A DNA stretch of 64,000 bases from Rhodosorus marinus CCMP1338. Its lineage: Eukaryota; Plantae; Rhodophyta. The DNA is taken from assembly GCA_029953675.1 (NCBI GenBank), contig JAMWBK010000001.1:1178001-1242000 (forward strand), in the 5' to 3' direction. The notes beneath the pieces are model-generated. The model was not told where the DNA came from. It saw only the letters and a list, made by a program, of their open reading frames with translations, and searched no databases. The position numbers and the translations under genes were made by a program. How positions within the stretch are numbered: position 1 is the first letter of the stretch; each line of letters opens with the position of its first letter. Below, piece by piece: positions 1 to 11,700 of the stretch.

Positions 1-2535
1 CAACCTCAACCGTATGCCCTATCCGAGTGAAAAATTCGCTGAGGATGTACTTGAGGCAAGTGTGGCGCCTCGTACGGAGACCCCTCAACAGTCCGCAGGA
101 GCCCAGCAAGTGGTAGCCACAAGCGTCAATCCGACTCTCACATCCCTGACAGAAAGACGGCCGATTAGAGTGCCACGGAGCCTGTGGCAAACCGAGATAG
201 ATCCGTGCGGCAGAACGGAACTGGAAAGCATCGAGACGATGACTCAATGACGACGGTAGAGTGGTTAACCACAAGTGCGAGAGGTGGCCTCCCATGCCGC
301 GGAGACGAGCGGCAGTGGGAGGCGGCGTGAGAGGAGAATTGAGCATGACTGTGCGAGCGGCACTGTGTTGGCCCCAGGTGAGGCTATGTTGAATCACATC
401 AGTGCGGGAGCTCCACAATCGGCTCAAACCCGGGTAGTCTGCAACAGGTGACCCGGGGCTAGCCTCTCCGTCATCGGCAAAAACTCGGTCGAGGGGAGAA
501 TCCTCAATCTCTTCAGCTCGTCCCCATAACAGCTCCCTCCAGGAACGAAAGCGGCACCGATTTGCGTCCGGCACGGCGTTGCACCTCCTGAACGCGTGTT
601 GAATACCATCATAAATTGTCAAAAGCGGGGGCGGCAGGGTCCCTGGATCCTCGTTGGTCAAAGCTCGAGCCAAGAGGCAGGCACTTCGCATCTGGAAGGT
701 CACCAACGTTCGCAGCGCGGTAGCCCAGGAGGCAACCGCCGCTGGCGAGCATACCAGCCCACGGTCTGCGACGCCGAATCCCCCTAATCGCAACGGTAGA
801 GCGATCTGTGCACGAATCAAGTCCCTGTCGGGAGCAGCTTCAAGATCGAGGGGCTCATCCAAGAGCGTTCCCCAGTGTTGCAGGGTCATCTCGTCGGCTT
901 TAGCCGCGATCCACGAGCCCCAAGCTGGAGGCAGGCTGCGCAACCAGTAGTTGAGTCTGGGACCGGCACAAAAGCGGGAAAGCAAGCAGGCCGATTGCAG
1001 CATGCTGTCGGGTAGGTGCTCAATGGCGTCGGTGAGTTGCTTGTGCCGTGCCATAGTCGAAGAGTGGATGGCAGAGAGGCCAGCGACACGTCCCTCGGGG
1101 GGAGAAAGCGACATTTTTCTGTTTCCACAGTCAAACCGACGCGACGTGCAATCGCTTCGATCGCGGTCAGTCCCCTAGCCAGGGTGTCAGGGGTGCCCAG
1201 CAATGTTACGTCATCGTGGTACGCGCAGATTCGAAGATCCGAGACCTCAGTCGAAAGACGTAAAAGTACGAGCTGTAGGGCACAGGCATGAAGAAGAGGT
1301 CCGCAAGGGTCGCCTTTTTGGACGCCAGTATGTCCTTGAAAAACAGTGCCCTCCGTTGTCAAGTAGGGGAGGCTCTCCCCTCCGTAAATACCCGATAGAA
1401 ACGGCCACGCCTCCGGAAACACACGTCGGAGCACCTCTAGCGCATGCGTCCGCGACACGCTGTTGAATGCGTTCCGGAAATCAACCACCAAAACTCCCCA
1501 CTCCGGCCTACTGGCGCGTTCTAGCTCGATCCTATGGGTGATCAGTTCGCAACCCCCAGAAAATCCCACCCCTACTTGCAAGGGCGCCACAAAAGCTGTG
1601 ACGCGCTGGCGAAGGCGCTGGCATAGCCACCTCCCGGCTAACTTCCGTAGGCTCTCCACCATCCCGATCGGCAGAAGACGCGGGTGGGCCGGCTGGTGGT
1701 CAGGTTTCGTGAGCAAGCAAAGCTGTGCCTGCTGGAGATGTTCCCATGGCGCAGACGCACCCGATACGCCCTGGAACAACTTGTTAAGGATCCTCAGAAG
1801 CGCGCTCTGGCCAGGCTGGCTCAGGGCCTGCAATAGCTCTGTTCTTAGTCCGGAGGGTCCGGGACAGCGTCCCCGACGCGAGGTACGAAGTAAATCCTCC
1901 AGGTCAGACTCACTGAGCGTCAGATCGATGCGAAACCTGGCCAACTCCGGACGGTCTAAGAATACCTCGAATTCAGGGGACAAGTCCACGTCGGACTCAG
2001 GGAACAAAGACGACACCGTCTGGGCGAGACTATCATCGTAGAGGAGGACAGGCGCCTGGCCCTCCAAAACCCGCGCCGCTCGACTTAAATTGCCCACTGC
2101 TACCAATTTCTGTACTCGAGCCGGCACGGGCGACACTGTGCCATGCCGAGTCCGACGGGCGGATGGTGCTGACGACGCCAAATAGCTGCGCTGTAGTACT
2201 TCCAAGTCTCCCTTCCAGAACAGGGCCAGTCGGTCTCGTACTCGCCATCTGCGCTCCGATGTGTGAATGGTGGCCAGAATCAGGCGCGGCATGACCCCCA
2301 GAAAAACCCAAATGACTGTGTCCCGAATGTTACGAGCCAGGCTCGTGAAGATGAAATCGAGAATGGTTCCAGCTACTAGAAGGTCTCCACGAGGGAGGAT
2401 GACTGGGGGAATGCCCCCACGGAGGGGAAGCGAGCCTCCTTCCAAAGAAATCCACCGCCGGAGCCAACTCCGAAAACGCGTACGCCAAATGCCCCAGTCT
2501 CCGCCCTCCTTCAGGACATAAGACTGTAGATCCAT
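1..2535 (-). pseudogene. A1 ORF2 (RT, then CCHC/RLE region), frameshifted by an 82-bp deletion
   Basis: ORF 886..2535 (MDLQSYVLKEGG...AYHDDVTLLG). The sequence below ~1050 matches the C-terminal ORF 17389..19014 in another frame. Confidence 0.85.
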
Positions 2536-2566
2536 AGGCTGCGACCTCGCAGCCGTGCCTGGAGCG

Positions 2567-3699
2567 CTAATCGTGCTTCTCCCCCTTAGACCCGGGGGAG
2601 TCTGTCCTCGCTCTCTTACCTCCTATCCGCACCAAAGTCGTGAGCCGCCCACTCCGCGAGGCTCGCGGAACGGATCCCGCGGGCTTCAGCAAAGTAACCT
2701 GGGCGTCCTCCACCGCCATGCCCTCAGTCTGCTCCCCTGCCTCACCACTCTCGCTGGAAGTGGTGCTAGAAGCAGAGCCCTCTAAAATCCCCAACCGCTG
2801 CAGCTCTGTCTTGTAGCGCGAAGTTAGCACAAGTCGCCTCTCCAGATCGAAGAAGCTGGACACCGCCATGCGCAGGTGACGAGGGCCCGACCAGAACGCT
2901 CCAACAAGATCCTCTCAAGGCGCTGAATCCGTAGCCAATGGATCGCTGCCGCCTTCACGCTGCTCTCATGCTCAGAGAGCCCTGCAGTTTCTCCCGGAGA
3001 CAGGAAATTGCCCGAGAAACGGTCAAAATCCAAGTGCAAAACCACCTGCGGGTTGCAGCGCAGCCACCGGGCGCTCTCAGGCCACTGCTCGGTAGGCTTC
3101 GCCAGCAAAGCCTCCAGGTACTTGGCGGCGGTTGCGGAGACCAAAAACAGCACATCGCGGCCCTCATAGGTTGCGAAGAAGAAATCACCCCGGCTGCACC
3201 CTAACGATTCCGCAAAAGTGTCCCGGAAGTCTCGCATAGACGGAACCTGTCCTCGTGTAGTCTGGGGCCGGACATTTCGCACGCACAGAAATTGGAGAGT
3301 GGTCTCCACAGGTTCATCCTGAGGCTCGCGAGATGGTAGGAAACGGAGCATAGCCGCCGTACGTGTGGCAGTGGTGCCCTTCCGCAAGACTGAGGCGTAC
3401 GAAGCCCCCCCTTGCGGCCACCACGTGCCCCCGCAGTAGCCGGGAGCTGGTGGCCAGCAATCCCGATTCCAGCCCACCTAGCTTCTGGGTGAGCTGAGGG
3501 AGCACTCCACGATCACTCGCAGCCGTGATCAGGCAGGTGACAGCGGAGATAAGTGCACGCGCCTGGGTGCCAGAAGCGCCTTCCAAGTCAACCTCGGAAG
3601 AAAAGGTGCCGCAGCTACGCTGAGGCGAACACGGAGTCCCCCACCTGGCAGTGCCTCCTTGGGAGGAGGCTCCGTCGAGCACGGAGAGATCCCTACCAT
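2567..3699 (-). pseudogene. A1 ORF1, disrupted
   Basis: Pieces 3529..3930, 2824..3477 and 2567..2869 match the intact ORF1 at 37097..38506. The MVGISP start is at 3699. Confidence 0.8.
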
Positions 3700-3979
3700 C
3701 CTGAGGGAATGCGCAAAGGAAACGTTGCACCACCAATATGAAACCGCACCGAGAGAATAATCGACCAAACCCAACCCAAATAGGAAAGGCCCCGCAACAC
3801 ACCCACCCGGAAGACAGAAGTAGTTGCAAATGCAAACGACGCACCGCGGAAAATCGAGGGGAAGGCGTACCAGAGGAAGCGCTTCCCGTAAACGAACACG
3901 CTCGCGACCGAAAAAGAAGCAAAACCCCAATCCTCAGCCAAACCACAACGAGACACTTAAACCCCCAGTTCACTTTACC

Positions 3980-4445
3980 AAACCTTTACTATAGCCTGAG
4001 GCTAAGCAAGGCGTGATTACAATAGCCTTAGGCGCTACTCAAGCCGTGAAAAGGAATTAAGAACTAGGGAGGGAAGCGTGCAAACCCAGGCGCCGATGGC
4101 GCGACTCGGCATGCATGTTGCTAGAATATCGCCACAGGGCGGCATTCAAACGCCGTAAACGCGCCAAGTACCCAGTAGGATGCTCAGCGAAACATTTCCG
4201 CACCCACTCTAAATCCGACTTTTCCACATGACTAAAGCTTTCCACAATGAAAGGCTGGAACCGGTGGGAGTGACCTTCGGCGTAGGGCAGACTGGCCATG
4301 CTCTTGCCCAGGAGGCGACCGCCGCAGGCGAGCCGACGAGCCCCCGATCTGCGACACCGAATCCCCCCAAGCGCAACGGTAGAGGGAGCTGGGCACGAAT
4401 TAAGGCCCTGTCGGGAGCTGCTTCAAGATCGAGGGGTTCATCCTA
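3980..4445 (-). mobile_element. Family A2 3' fragments directly upstream (head-to-tail) of the A1 copy
   Basis: ORF 4057..4299 ends LGLHASLPSS*; degenerate 3'UTR and GGCTAT-AGTAAAG tail at ~3983-3996. Confidence 0.75.
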
Positions 4446-4639
4446 GCATAGCCTGAATGAGTTAAGATCACCTATATAAGTTGTGAGTTCGCCTCGCTTA
4501 TGCTTGGAAGCTAGGTGTGAAGGAATGAAGAAAAAATGGGTATATAGACGATTCGGCTCAAGTTTACTCTACTGTGCACGGGCCGACACGCTTCTCTGTA
4601 GGTCTGTAAGGACTTCTACTTTCAACAGAAGCGAAAACC

Positions 4640-4920
4640 GTTCTTTCGGAGCTGAGTGAATGAGCTTGTTTAACCGGACATTGAAGAAAAAACCCTCGGG
4701 GGGAGAAAAAAGGCTGGGCTTGAGCGTGTCGAAACTCGCGCGCCTCCAACATCAAAACAACGTTCATACGCCACAACAAGAAACTTAAACAGGTGCACAA
4801 CGAGGACAGATGTTCAAGGCGTTCGCGGGACACTTCCCGAAGTCAACGAGAACCACCGGAATCCAGAAACCCAAAGCGCTCAATGACCAGAGCTACCAGG
4901 CGAGGAGCTAAGGACCGATG
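4640..4920 (-). mobile_element. Degenerate family B-like 3' fragment
   Basis: Encodes LSFLLWRMNVVLMLEARE-like end of the RLE, followed by a T-rich 3'UTR and a TTCA-like tail. Confidence 0.65.
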
Positions 4921-5265
4921 AAGGCGAAAAATTCCGCTTACGTCTGTCACCTCAAGGTAGTTGCCGGATCACATTACCCAAGAGTGCCTAGTCTAGTCCA
5001 CTCTATTTTTTGAGTTCTCGCCGAATTAACAGCGTGCGCTGGTGCTGGTCAACGCACTGACCTATGTTTGAGGTGCGACGCAGAACGAGTTTTTATGCGG
5101 ACCTACTGAAAACACCAGCACAACCAATCGCCTCTATTTCTGCCACGCAATTGGAAAACAATCAAGACAGGTTTTCATGATCTTCCCATCTTATGGGGGA
5201 GGGGGGGTTGGTTCGGTGCATCCACACACAACCTGTCCTTTGACGGTATCTTGGAATTGGAGAAT

Positions 5266-6633
5266 CTAAGCAGGCAAGACGAGCATTTTTGTAAAATTTT
5301 CGATTAGCAAAGGAAGCGCTTGATATAAGAACGAGCGAAACTTTCGCCTTACCCCTTCTTCTCCAGCGGGGCCACACACCGATCCGAAACTCCCTATTTG
5401 GGCGTCAAAGATACAACGGCCGGGTTGGCGTGCCAATTCCACGTCAAATTGGCCTTCGTTGAGGCCCTCGGGTTGGCCGAGTTGCAAGCTTCTCCATTCT
5501 CCTGTCGGTGGCAGACTTGAGTTCAAGCAATATCCGCAAATAACGCTGCCGATGCGCCCTACGACTGCGTAGTCCAGAAGCGGCCCAAAATAGGAATTCG
5601 TTGCCGGCTGCCCTACTATCAATGGGCCAGAATTCGCATAAACCTCGGCACTGGCGAAAGAGATAAATTCTAACAGCTGTCGTGGTTGCTCGACGGCTCT
5701 CACTGAATACCTCAGGGGCACTGGATTCGGAGCAACGCGCTCGAGAGCAAAAGCGGCTATATTCAAAGTAGACAACTCTGGCACCAAAAACACCGCAATG
5801 CTGAAAGAGTCGGAGAATCCTACAGAAGCTGCCTGCCGACGGATCACCGTACGCGCTTCCGCAGGGATGCTCGACCCCGGCGATGGACTGGGTACTCCTT
5901 CGTAAACAGTAAGCTCGAGCGCCTCTGGTTGGAGATCCAAGGCGGCGGGTGAAAACACAACTTGAATTGTGCTGCTATCACGGTTGATACGGTTGATGCC
6001 GGCAAACTCTGGTTGGCCACCGATAAAAGAGCACGAACCCTCGAGCCCGCATGCCAAGAATTCAAGCCCATTCTCATCGTCGATAGAAGTGCATGAAATG
6101 AAATCTTGAGTGGGGAGACAGGTTATGCCCGCCATTCTTGTAGCAGGCCCGCCCAGTTTAGCAGTGCGCACTTTGCCGTCCTCCATTCGAACCTTCGCTT
6201 CAACCAACAGCGACGGAGCGAGAAATTGTTGACTGCAGCAGTCACGGTCTGTCCTGATATCGTCCAGGCATGCGTCTACTCTCACCGCGGTCGGCTCACT
6301 ATCTAGAAACTTCCTCTTACGAGTGAACCGAGCTTTACCGTTAGGAATGTCTCCCGCCCAAAGCCCGAGTTTGGCTCGTCTAATCCCAACTCCAGCACGC
6401 ACGATAAAAATGAACCTGATACACGTCTCTCCCATGTTCGGTCCCTGCGTCTTCACAACATCGCTATTGCTTACGATTCCCACCGTTTCACCTTCAACTT
6501 CCAGTGCCAAACAATAGCGAGAAAAGCCTAAGGATGAAACGAGCGGATTAAAAAAGCTTGCGCATGTGGCAACATCGGCAATCGCCAAGCCAAAGATGCC
6601 GGCAACCAGGATTACTACCAACCCGTACTTCAT
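5266..6633 (-). CDS. Secreted protein, paralog 1 (455 aa): signal peptide, Cys-rich N-domain, lamin-tail-like C-domain
   Basis: Uninterrupted ORF with a hydrophobic N-terminus (MKYGLVVILVAGIFGLAIA); two close paralogs in the window; TATA-like GGGTATATA about 105 nt upstream. Confidence 0.85.
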   Translation of the reverse strand: MKYGLVVILVAGIFGLAIADVATCASFFNPLVSSLGFSRYCLALEVEGETVGIVSNSDVVKTQGPNMGETCIRFIFIVRAGVGIRRAKLGLWAGDIPNGKARFTRKRKFLDSEPTAVRVDACLDDIRTDRDCCSQQFLAPSLLVEAKVRMEDGKVRTAKLGGPATRMAGITCLPTQDFISCTSIDDENGLEFLACGLEGSCSFIGGQPEFAGINRINRDSSTIQVVFSPAALDLQPEALELTVYEGVPSPSPGSSIPAEARTVIRRQAASVGFSDSFSIAVFLVPELSTLNIAAFALERVAPNPVPLRYSVRAVEQPRQLLEFISFASAEVYANSGPLIVGQPATNSYFGPLLDYAVVGRIGSVICGYCLNSSLPPTGEWRSLQLGQPEGLNEGQFDVELARQPGRCIFDAQIGSFGSVCGPAGEEGVRRKFRSFLYQALPLLIENFTKMLVLPA

Positions 6634-7289
6634 GAATAATATTTAAATTGCACCCCCAAAATCTAAGGATTGACCACCCATAGTTGCTCTCTCCCACGCC
6701 CCTTCCCTCCCCCCAACGCAGCATCTCAAGTGGTAGTTATATACCCTTCCGCGTATCTTCGTACTGAAGCCTCCACACAGCATCAAATCAATTGTAAAAC
6801 CATCATTGTGACAACCTGGTTTGTGTCTTGTCCAATGACATTGCAATCTGAGTAGCGCCAAACGCTGGATTGGCTAAACCACTGCTACGAACGATAGCAA
6901 GTACCATTCCATTCTTCAGTTGGGGGTCCCTCTAGTCTGTTTTTTTAAGTTTCGCATTGTTTCCCCTGCATCCAAAACCTGTTTTCGGAACAGCTTCCCC
7001 TTCACACCCCGTCCCCTGCCCTCCGTGGAGGACACCAATCTTCAGGAGAAAAAGCTCCTCCCAACGGCTTTTTCCTCATTTTGTTTAGATCGAATTTGTA
7101 CGTTTCGGGACTGGATAGGAAACAAACGAAAAAACTAGGACTGTGCCAATTGGGTCGTGTTTTTCGCTGCTTTCCTCTCTAAACCCCCCTGCTTTCGAGG
7201 GGCTTACCACTTCTTAGGTAACCATCGAAAAAGCCGACTGGTGGCAACCACGAAAAAAAACCGTTGGCGGATTGAAATGCGCTTAAAAA

Positions 7290-8090
7290 TGGTGTTTTTT
7301 TGCTGAAGCCTCAAATTCCAAGATTTTCTTATCGATTATTTTTCCAATGCTCTCCTTCAATTTCAATTCGAACTGAATGAATGTACTTGAGACTGAAAAA
7401 AAACAAAAACAAAACAAGGGGAGGGAAAAATAGAGGGAACTACGGACGAGGGCAGCGCACTGGCTCCAAGAAATTTAGACGGGTAAACAGCCAGGAGAGA
7501 CGGTCAGTGCAAAACCGTTGGACAACTCCCGAAAGCCAATAAGGCCAAGGGAATCCATAAATCCAAAACACTCAATGACCGGAGGCAACAGGAGATGCGG
7601 AGATGTAGTAGATATGAGCATGGCCTGTTATTCGATGTCAACAAAACAAGGGACGAGCGCTATTTCCTTCGACTTTAACCCTTTATTTCGAATAAAACCA
7701 ATCGGAATTTTTTGCTGAAGCCTCAAATTCCAAGAATTTCCTATCGACTATTTTTTCCAATTCTCTCCTTCAGTTGGAACTGATTGAATGTGGATTTGAG
7801 ACTGAGAAAAAGAAAAGCAAAACAAGCCGAGGGGGAAAGAAAAGGGAACTATTGAGCAAGGAAGCGCTAGTTTCCCAAGAAATTTAGACTGGTAAACGAG
7901 GGGGGCGTTCAGCAAAACCGTTGGGCGACTCCCGAAAGCCAATAAGGGCAAGGGAATCCATAAATCCAAAACACTCAATGACCAGAGGTAAGAGGAGTTG
8001 TTGGAGCAGCACGGGCTGTTGTCGATGTCAACAAAACAAGGTACGAGCGTTCGTTCCTTCGACGTTAACTCTTTGTTTCGAACCAAACCA
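7290..8090. repeat. ~415-bp diverged tandem duplication, each unit containing a B-like 3' fragment (minus strand)
   Basis: GCTGAAGCCTCAAATTCCAAGA...GAACTGA(A/T)TGAATGT...GAGACTGA occurs at ~7290 and ~7705. Confidence 0.75.
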
Positions 8091-8099
8091 TACTTGATG

Positions 8100-8700
8100 G
8101 CTTCAAGGATCGTATATATATGCCGTTCTATCTCTGAGATGCTTGGATTTAGGGAAAACGTTCATGCAGATGCGAAAATCCTAGTCCTAGCCAGCCTTGA
8201 TCCACAACACTCAGGTAGCTGACTAGCTACGAATCTGGCGACTACAATAAGGGTTTCCAGCAGCTGAAGGGCCCTTATGTCTGGGGTACATAGAGTGGCT
8301 TTAGACTAGTGGTATTGCCCTGTGGTAGCTGCCGAATAAAGGCTGCGGGCTTACGTTAGTCTGGGGAGCTGGACACTTCGACACAACATGGTCAGGGATG
8401 CACTGGCGACAGTGCTGAGACAATGGCGACTAGAAGTGACAGTCGAACCGACTGGACACTACCAAGACAGTCGGCTCCGGCCTGACACCCGAGCTCGACA
8501 CCCGCGAACAGGCAAGCTCTACGTGATCGCTGTGAAGGTGACCTCGCCATTGCAAAGAACACACCTACACAAAGCGTCTTGGGAGACCGGGTATGCGGCA
8601 CACAAAGCGGAAAAGTTTAAAGACTCCAAATACCGTGACAGTATCGGAGAACACAACGACGACATCTTCATCCGCTTCTGTCTGTAAACAGTTGGGCAGG
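8100..8700 (+). pseudogene. RLE-endonuclease region of a third CRE-like lineage (family C), degenerate
   Basis: Translates ...WTLRHNMVRDALATVLRQWRLEVTVEP...RPDT...YVIAVKVTSP...AEKFKDSKY...F, typical of the post-zinc-knuckle RHN and RPD...D...K motifs; upstream SLDPQHSGS*L. A homologous remnant lies at ~41780-41910. Confidence 0.7.
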
Positions 8701-11700
8701 TGGGAACACAGCCTCACCTGGGGTCAACACAGTGCCGCTCAGGCAATCTTGCTCAATTCTCCACTCACACCGCCTACCACCGCATTCAACATAGCCTTAC
8801 CTGGGGCCAACACAGTGCCGCTCACGCAATCTTGCTCAACTCTCCACTCACACGGCCTACCATCGCCGCTCACCTTCGTGGCATGGGAGGCCATCTCTCG
8901 CACCAGTGGTTAACGACTCTGCCTTCGTCGCCGGGTCACCGTCTCGATGCCTTCCAGTACCGCTCCGCCGCAAGGATCTACGTAGATTTGCCACAAGCTC
9001 CGTGGCACTCTAATCGGCCATCTTTCTGTCAGGGATGTGAGAGCCGGATTGACGCTTGTGGCTACCACTTCTTGGGTTCATGCGGACTGTTGCGAGGTCT
9101 CCGCACGAGGCTCCACACTCGTCTCAAGTACATCCTAAGCGAATGTTTAACTCGGGTAGGGCATACGGTTGAGATGGAATCGGAACTACGCAGATCGGTC
9201 TCGGACACGGCGCCGCCCCGCTGTATAGCAGATCTTCTTGTCTCAGACGCTGCCGCCCGACACTCAGCATATGTTGACCTCGCCATTACATGCCCTGTGG
9301 CGAGCGCCCACCTCACGGCTGCCGCCGGCCGCCGAGGGGCTGCCGCTTCGGCTCTTCGAAGAGTGAAGGAACGACGGTATGCTGAGAGCATGGCCAGTCT
9401 GCCCTACGCCGCGGGTCACTCCCACCGGTTCCACCCTTTTCATTGTGGAAAGCTTTGGTCACGTGGGGAAGTCGGGTTTGGAGTGGTTGCAGAAATGTTT
9501 TACTGAGCATCCTGTTGAATACTAGTTATTAGTTCATCTTCACGCCTTGCGTAGCGCTTCAGGCTATGCTAGTAGTCATTCAACATAGCCTCACCTGGGG
9601 CCAACACAGTGCCGCTCACACAGTCATGCTCAATTCTCCTCTCACGCCGCCTCCCACTGCCGCTCGTCTCCGCGGCATGGGAGGCCACCTCTCGCACTTG
9701 TGGTTAACCACTCTACCGTCGTCATTGAGTCATCGTCTCGATGCTTTCCAGTTCCGTTCTGCCGCACGGATCTATCTCGGTTTGCCACAGGCTCCGTGCT
9801 ACTCTAATCGGCCGTCTTTCTGTCAGGGATGTGAGAGCCGGATTGACGCTTGTGGCTACCACTTCCTGGGTTCCTGCGGACTGTTGCGAGGTCTCCGTAC
9901 GAGGCGTCACACTCGCCTCAAGTACATCCTCAGCGAATTTTTGACTCGGATAGGGCATACGGTTGAGGTTGAGTCGGAACTGCCCAGATCCATCTCGGAC
10001 TCTGCACCGCCCCGTTGTATAGCCGATCTCCTCGTCTCTGACGCTGCTGCCAGACGCTCAACATATGTGGACCTTGCGATTACCTGCCCCGTGGCCAGCG
10101 CCCACCTCACCGCAGCCGCGCGCCGCCGGGGGGCCGCGGCTTCAGCCCTTCGAAGAGTTAAGGAACGACGGTATGCTGAGAGCATGGCCAGTCTGCCTTG
10201 CGCTGAGGGTCGCTCTCACCGGTTCCAGCCATTCATTGTAGAAAGCTTTGGTCACGTGGATAAGTCGGGTTTAGAGTGGTTGCGGAAATGTTTTGCTGAG
10301 CATCCTACTGAATATTTGGCGCTCTTGAGGCGCTTAAGTGTCTCCCTTTGGCGATATTCCAGCGACATGCTTTCCGAGGCGCGCCATCGGCGCCTGGGGT
10401 TGCATGCTTCCCTCCCTAGTTATTAGTTCATCTTCACGCCTTGCGTAGCGCTTCAGGCTATGCTAGTAAAGTCGAGTAAAGTCCAGTAAAGTCGAGTCGA
10501 GTAAAGTCCAGTTGAATACTTGGAACTTTTGCGGCGCTTAAGTGCCTCTCTGTGGCGATATTCGAGTAGCATGCTTGCCGAGGCGTGCCATCGATGCCTG
10601 GGTTTGCACGCTTCCCTACCTAGTTCTTAGTTCCTTTTCACGGTTTGCGTAGCGCTGTAGGTTATGCTAATAAAGACAGTAAAGCCCCGGGTCATCGGTT
10701 GCCGATTACCCGAGTCTGAGCCGATTGTGGAGCTCGCGCACTGATGTGACTCAACATAGCCTCACCTGTGGCCAACACAGTGCCGCTCACGCAATCTTTC
10801 TCAACTCTCCACTCACACCGCCTACCGCCGCTCGCCTCCGCGGCTGCCGCCCGCCGCCGAGGAGCAGCTGCGGCGGCCCTTCGCCGCGTGAAGAGACAAC
10901 GGTATGCTGAGAGCATGGCCAGTCTGCCCTACACCGAGGGTCGCTCCCACCGGTTCCAGCCTTTTATTGTGGAGAGCTTTGGTCATGTGGATAAGTCGGG
11001 TTTAGAGTGGTCGCGGAAATGCTGAGCATCCTACTGAGTACTTGGCGCTTTTACGGCGTTTGAGTGCCTCCCTGTGGCGATGTTCTAGCAGCATGCTTGC
11101 CGAGTCGCGCCATCGGCGCCTGGGGTTGCACGCTTCCCGCCCTAGTTCTTAGCTGTTATGGGGACGAGCTGAAGCGATTGAGGATTGTCCCCTCGACCGA
11201 GTTCTTGCCGATGACGGAGAGGCTAGCCCCGGGTCACCTGTTGCAGACTACCCGGGTTTGAGCCGATTGTGGAGCTCCCGCACTGATGTGATTCAACATA
11301 GCCTCACCTGGGGCCAACACAGTGCCGCTCACACAGTCATGCTCAATTCTCCTCTCACGCCGCCTACCACTGCCGCTCGTCTCCGCGGCATGGGAGGCCA
11401 CCTCTCGCACTTGTGGTTAACCACTCTACCGTCGTCATTGAGTCATCGTCTCGATGCTTTCCAGTTCCGTTCTGCCGCACGGATCTATCTCGGTTTGCCA
11501 CAGGCTCCGTGGCACTCTAATCGGCCGTCTTTCTGTCAGGGATGTGAGAGCCGGATTGACGCTTGTGGCTACCACTTCCTGGGTTCCTGCGGACTGTTGC
11601 GAGGTCTCCGTACGAGGCGTCACACTCGCCTCAAGTACATCCTCAGCGAATTTTTGACTCGGATAGGGCATACGGTTGAGGTTGAGTCGGAACTGCCCAG

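Larger units (their letters stand above)
1..3970 (-). mobile_element. CRE-like (RLE-type) non-LTR retrotransposon, family A1; defective; 3' end runs off the window start
   Basis: Carries ORF1 (...GSKGEKHD*) and ORF2 with RT motifs PGPSG, RxxPIG, DFRNAFNS, QKGDP, YHDD. Near-identical to 17341-19647 and 35296-39150. Internal deletions of ~82 bp (near 1053) and ~280 bp (near 3452) relative to the 35-39 kb copy. Confidence 0.9.

Noticed and set aside
14-2521. Many plus-strand ORFs (e.g. 1463..2041), with equivalents at 18794, 35470 and 36013
   Set aside because: Antisense shadows of the GC-rich retrotransposon ORFs; they recur only because the element is repeated.
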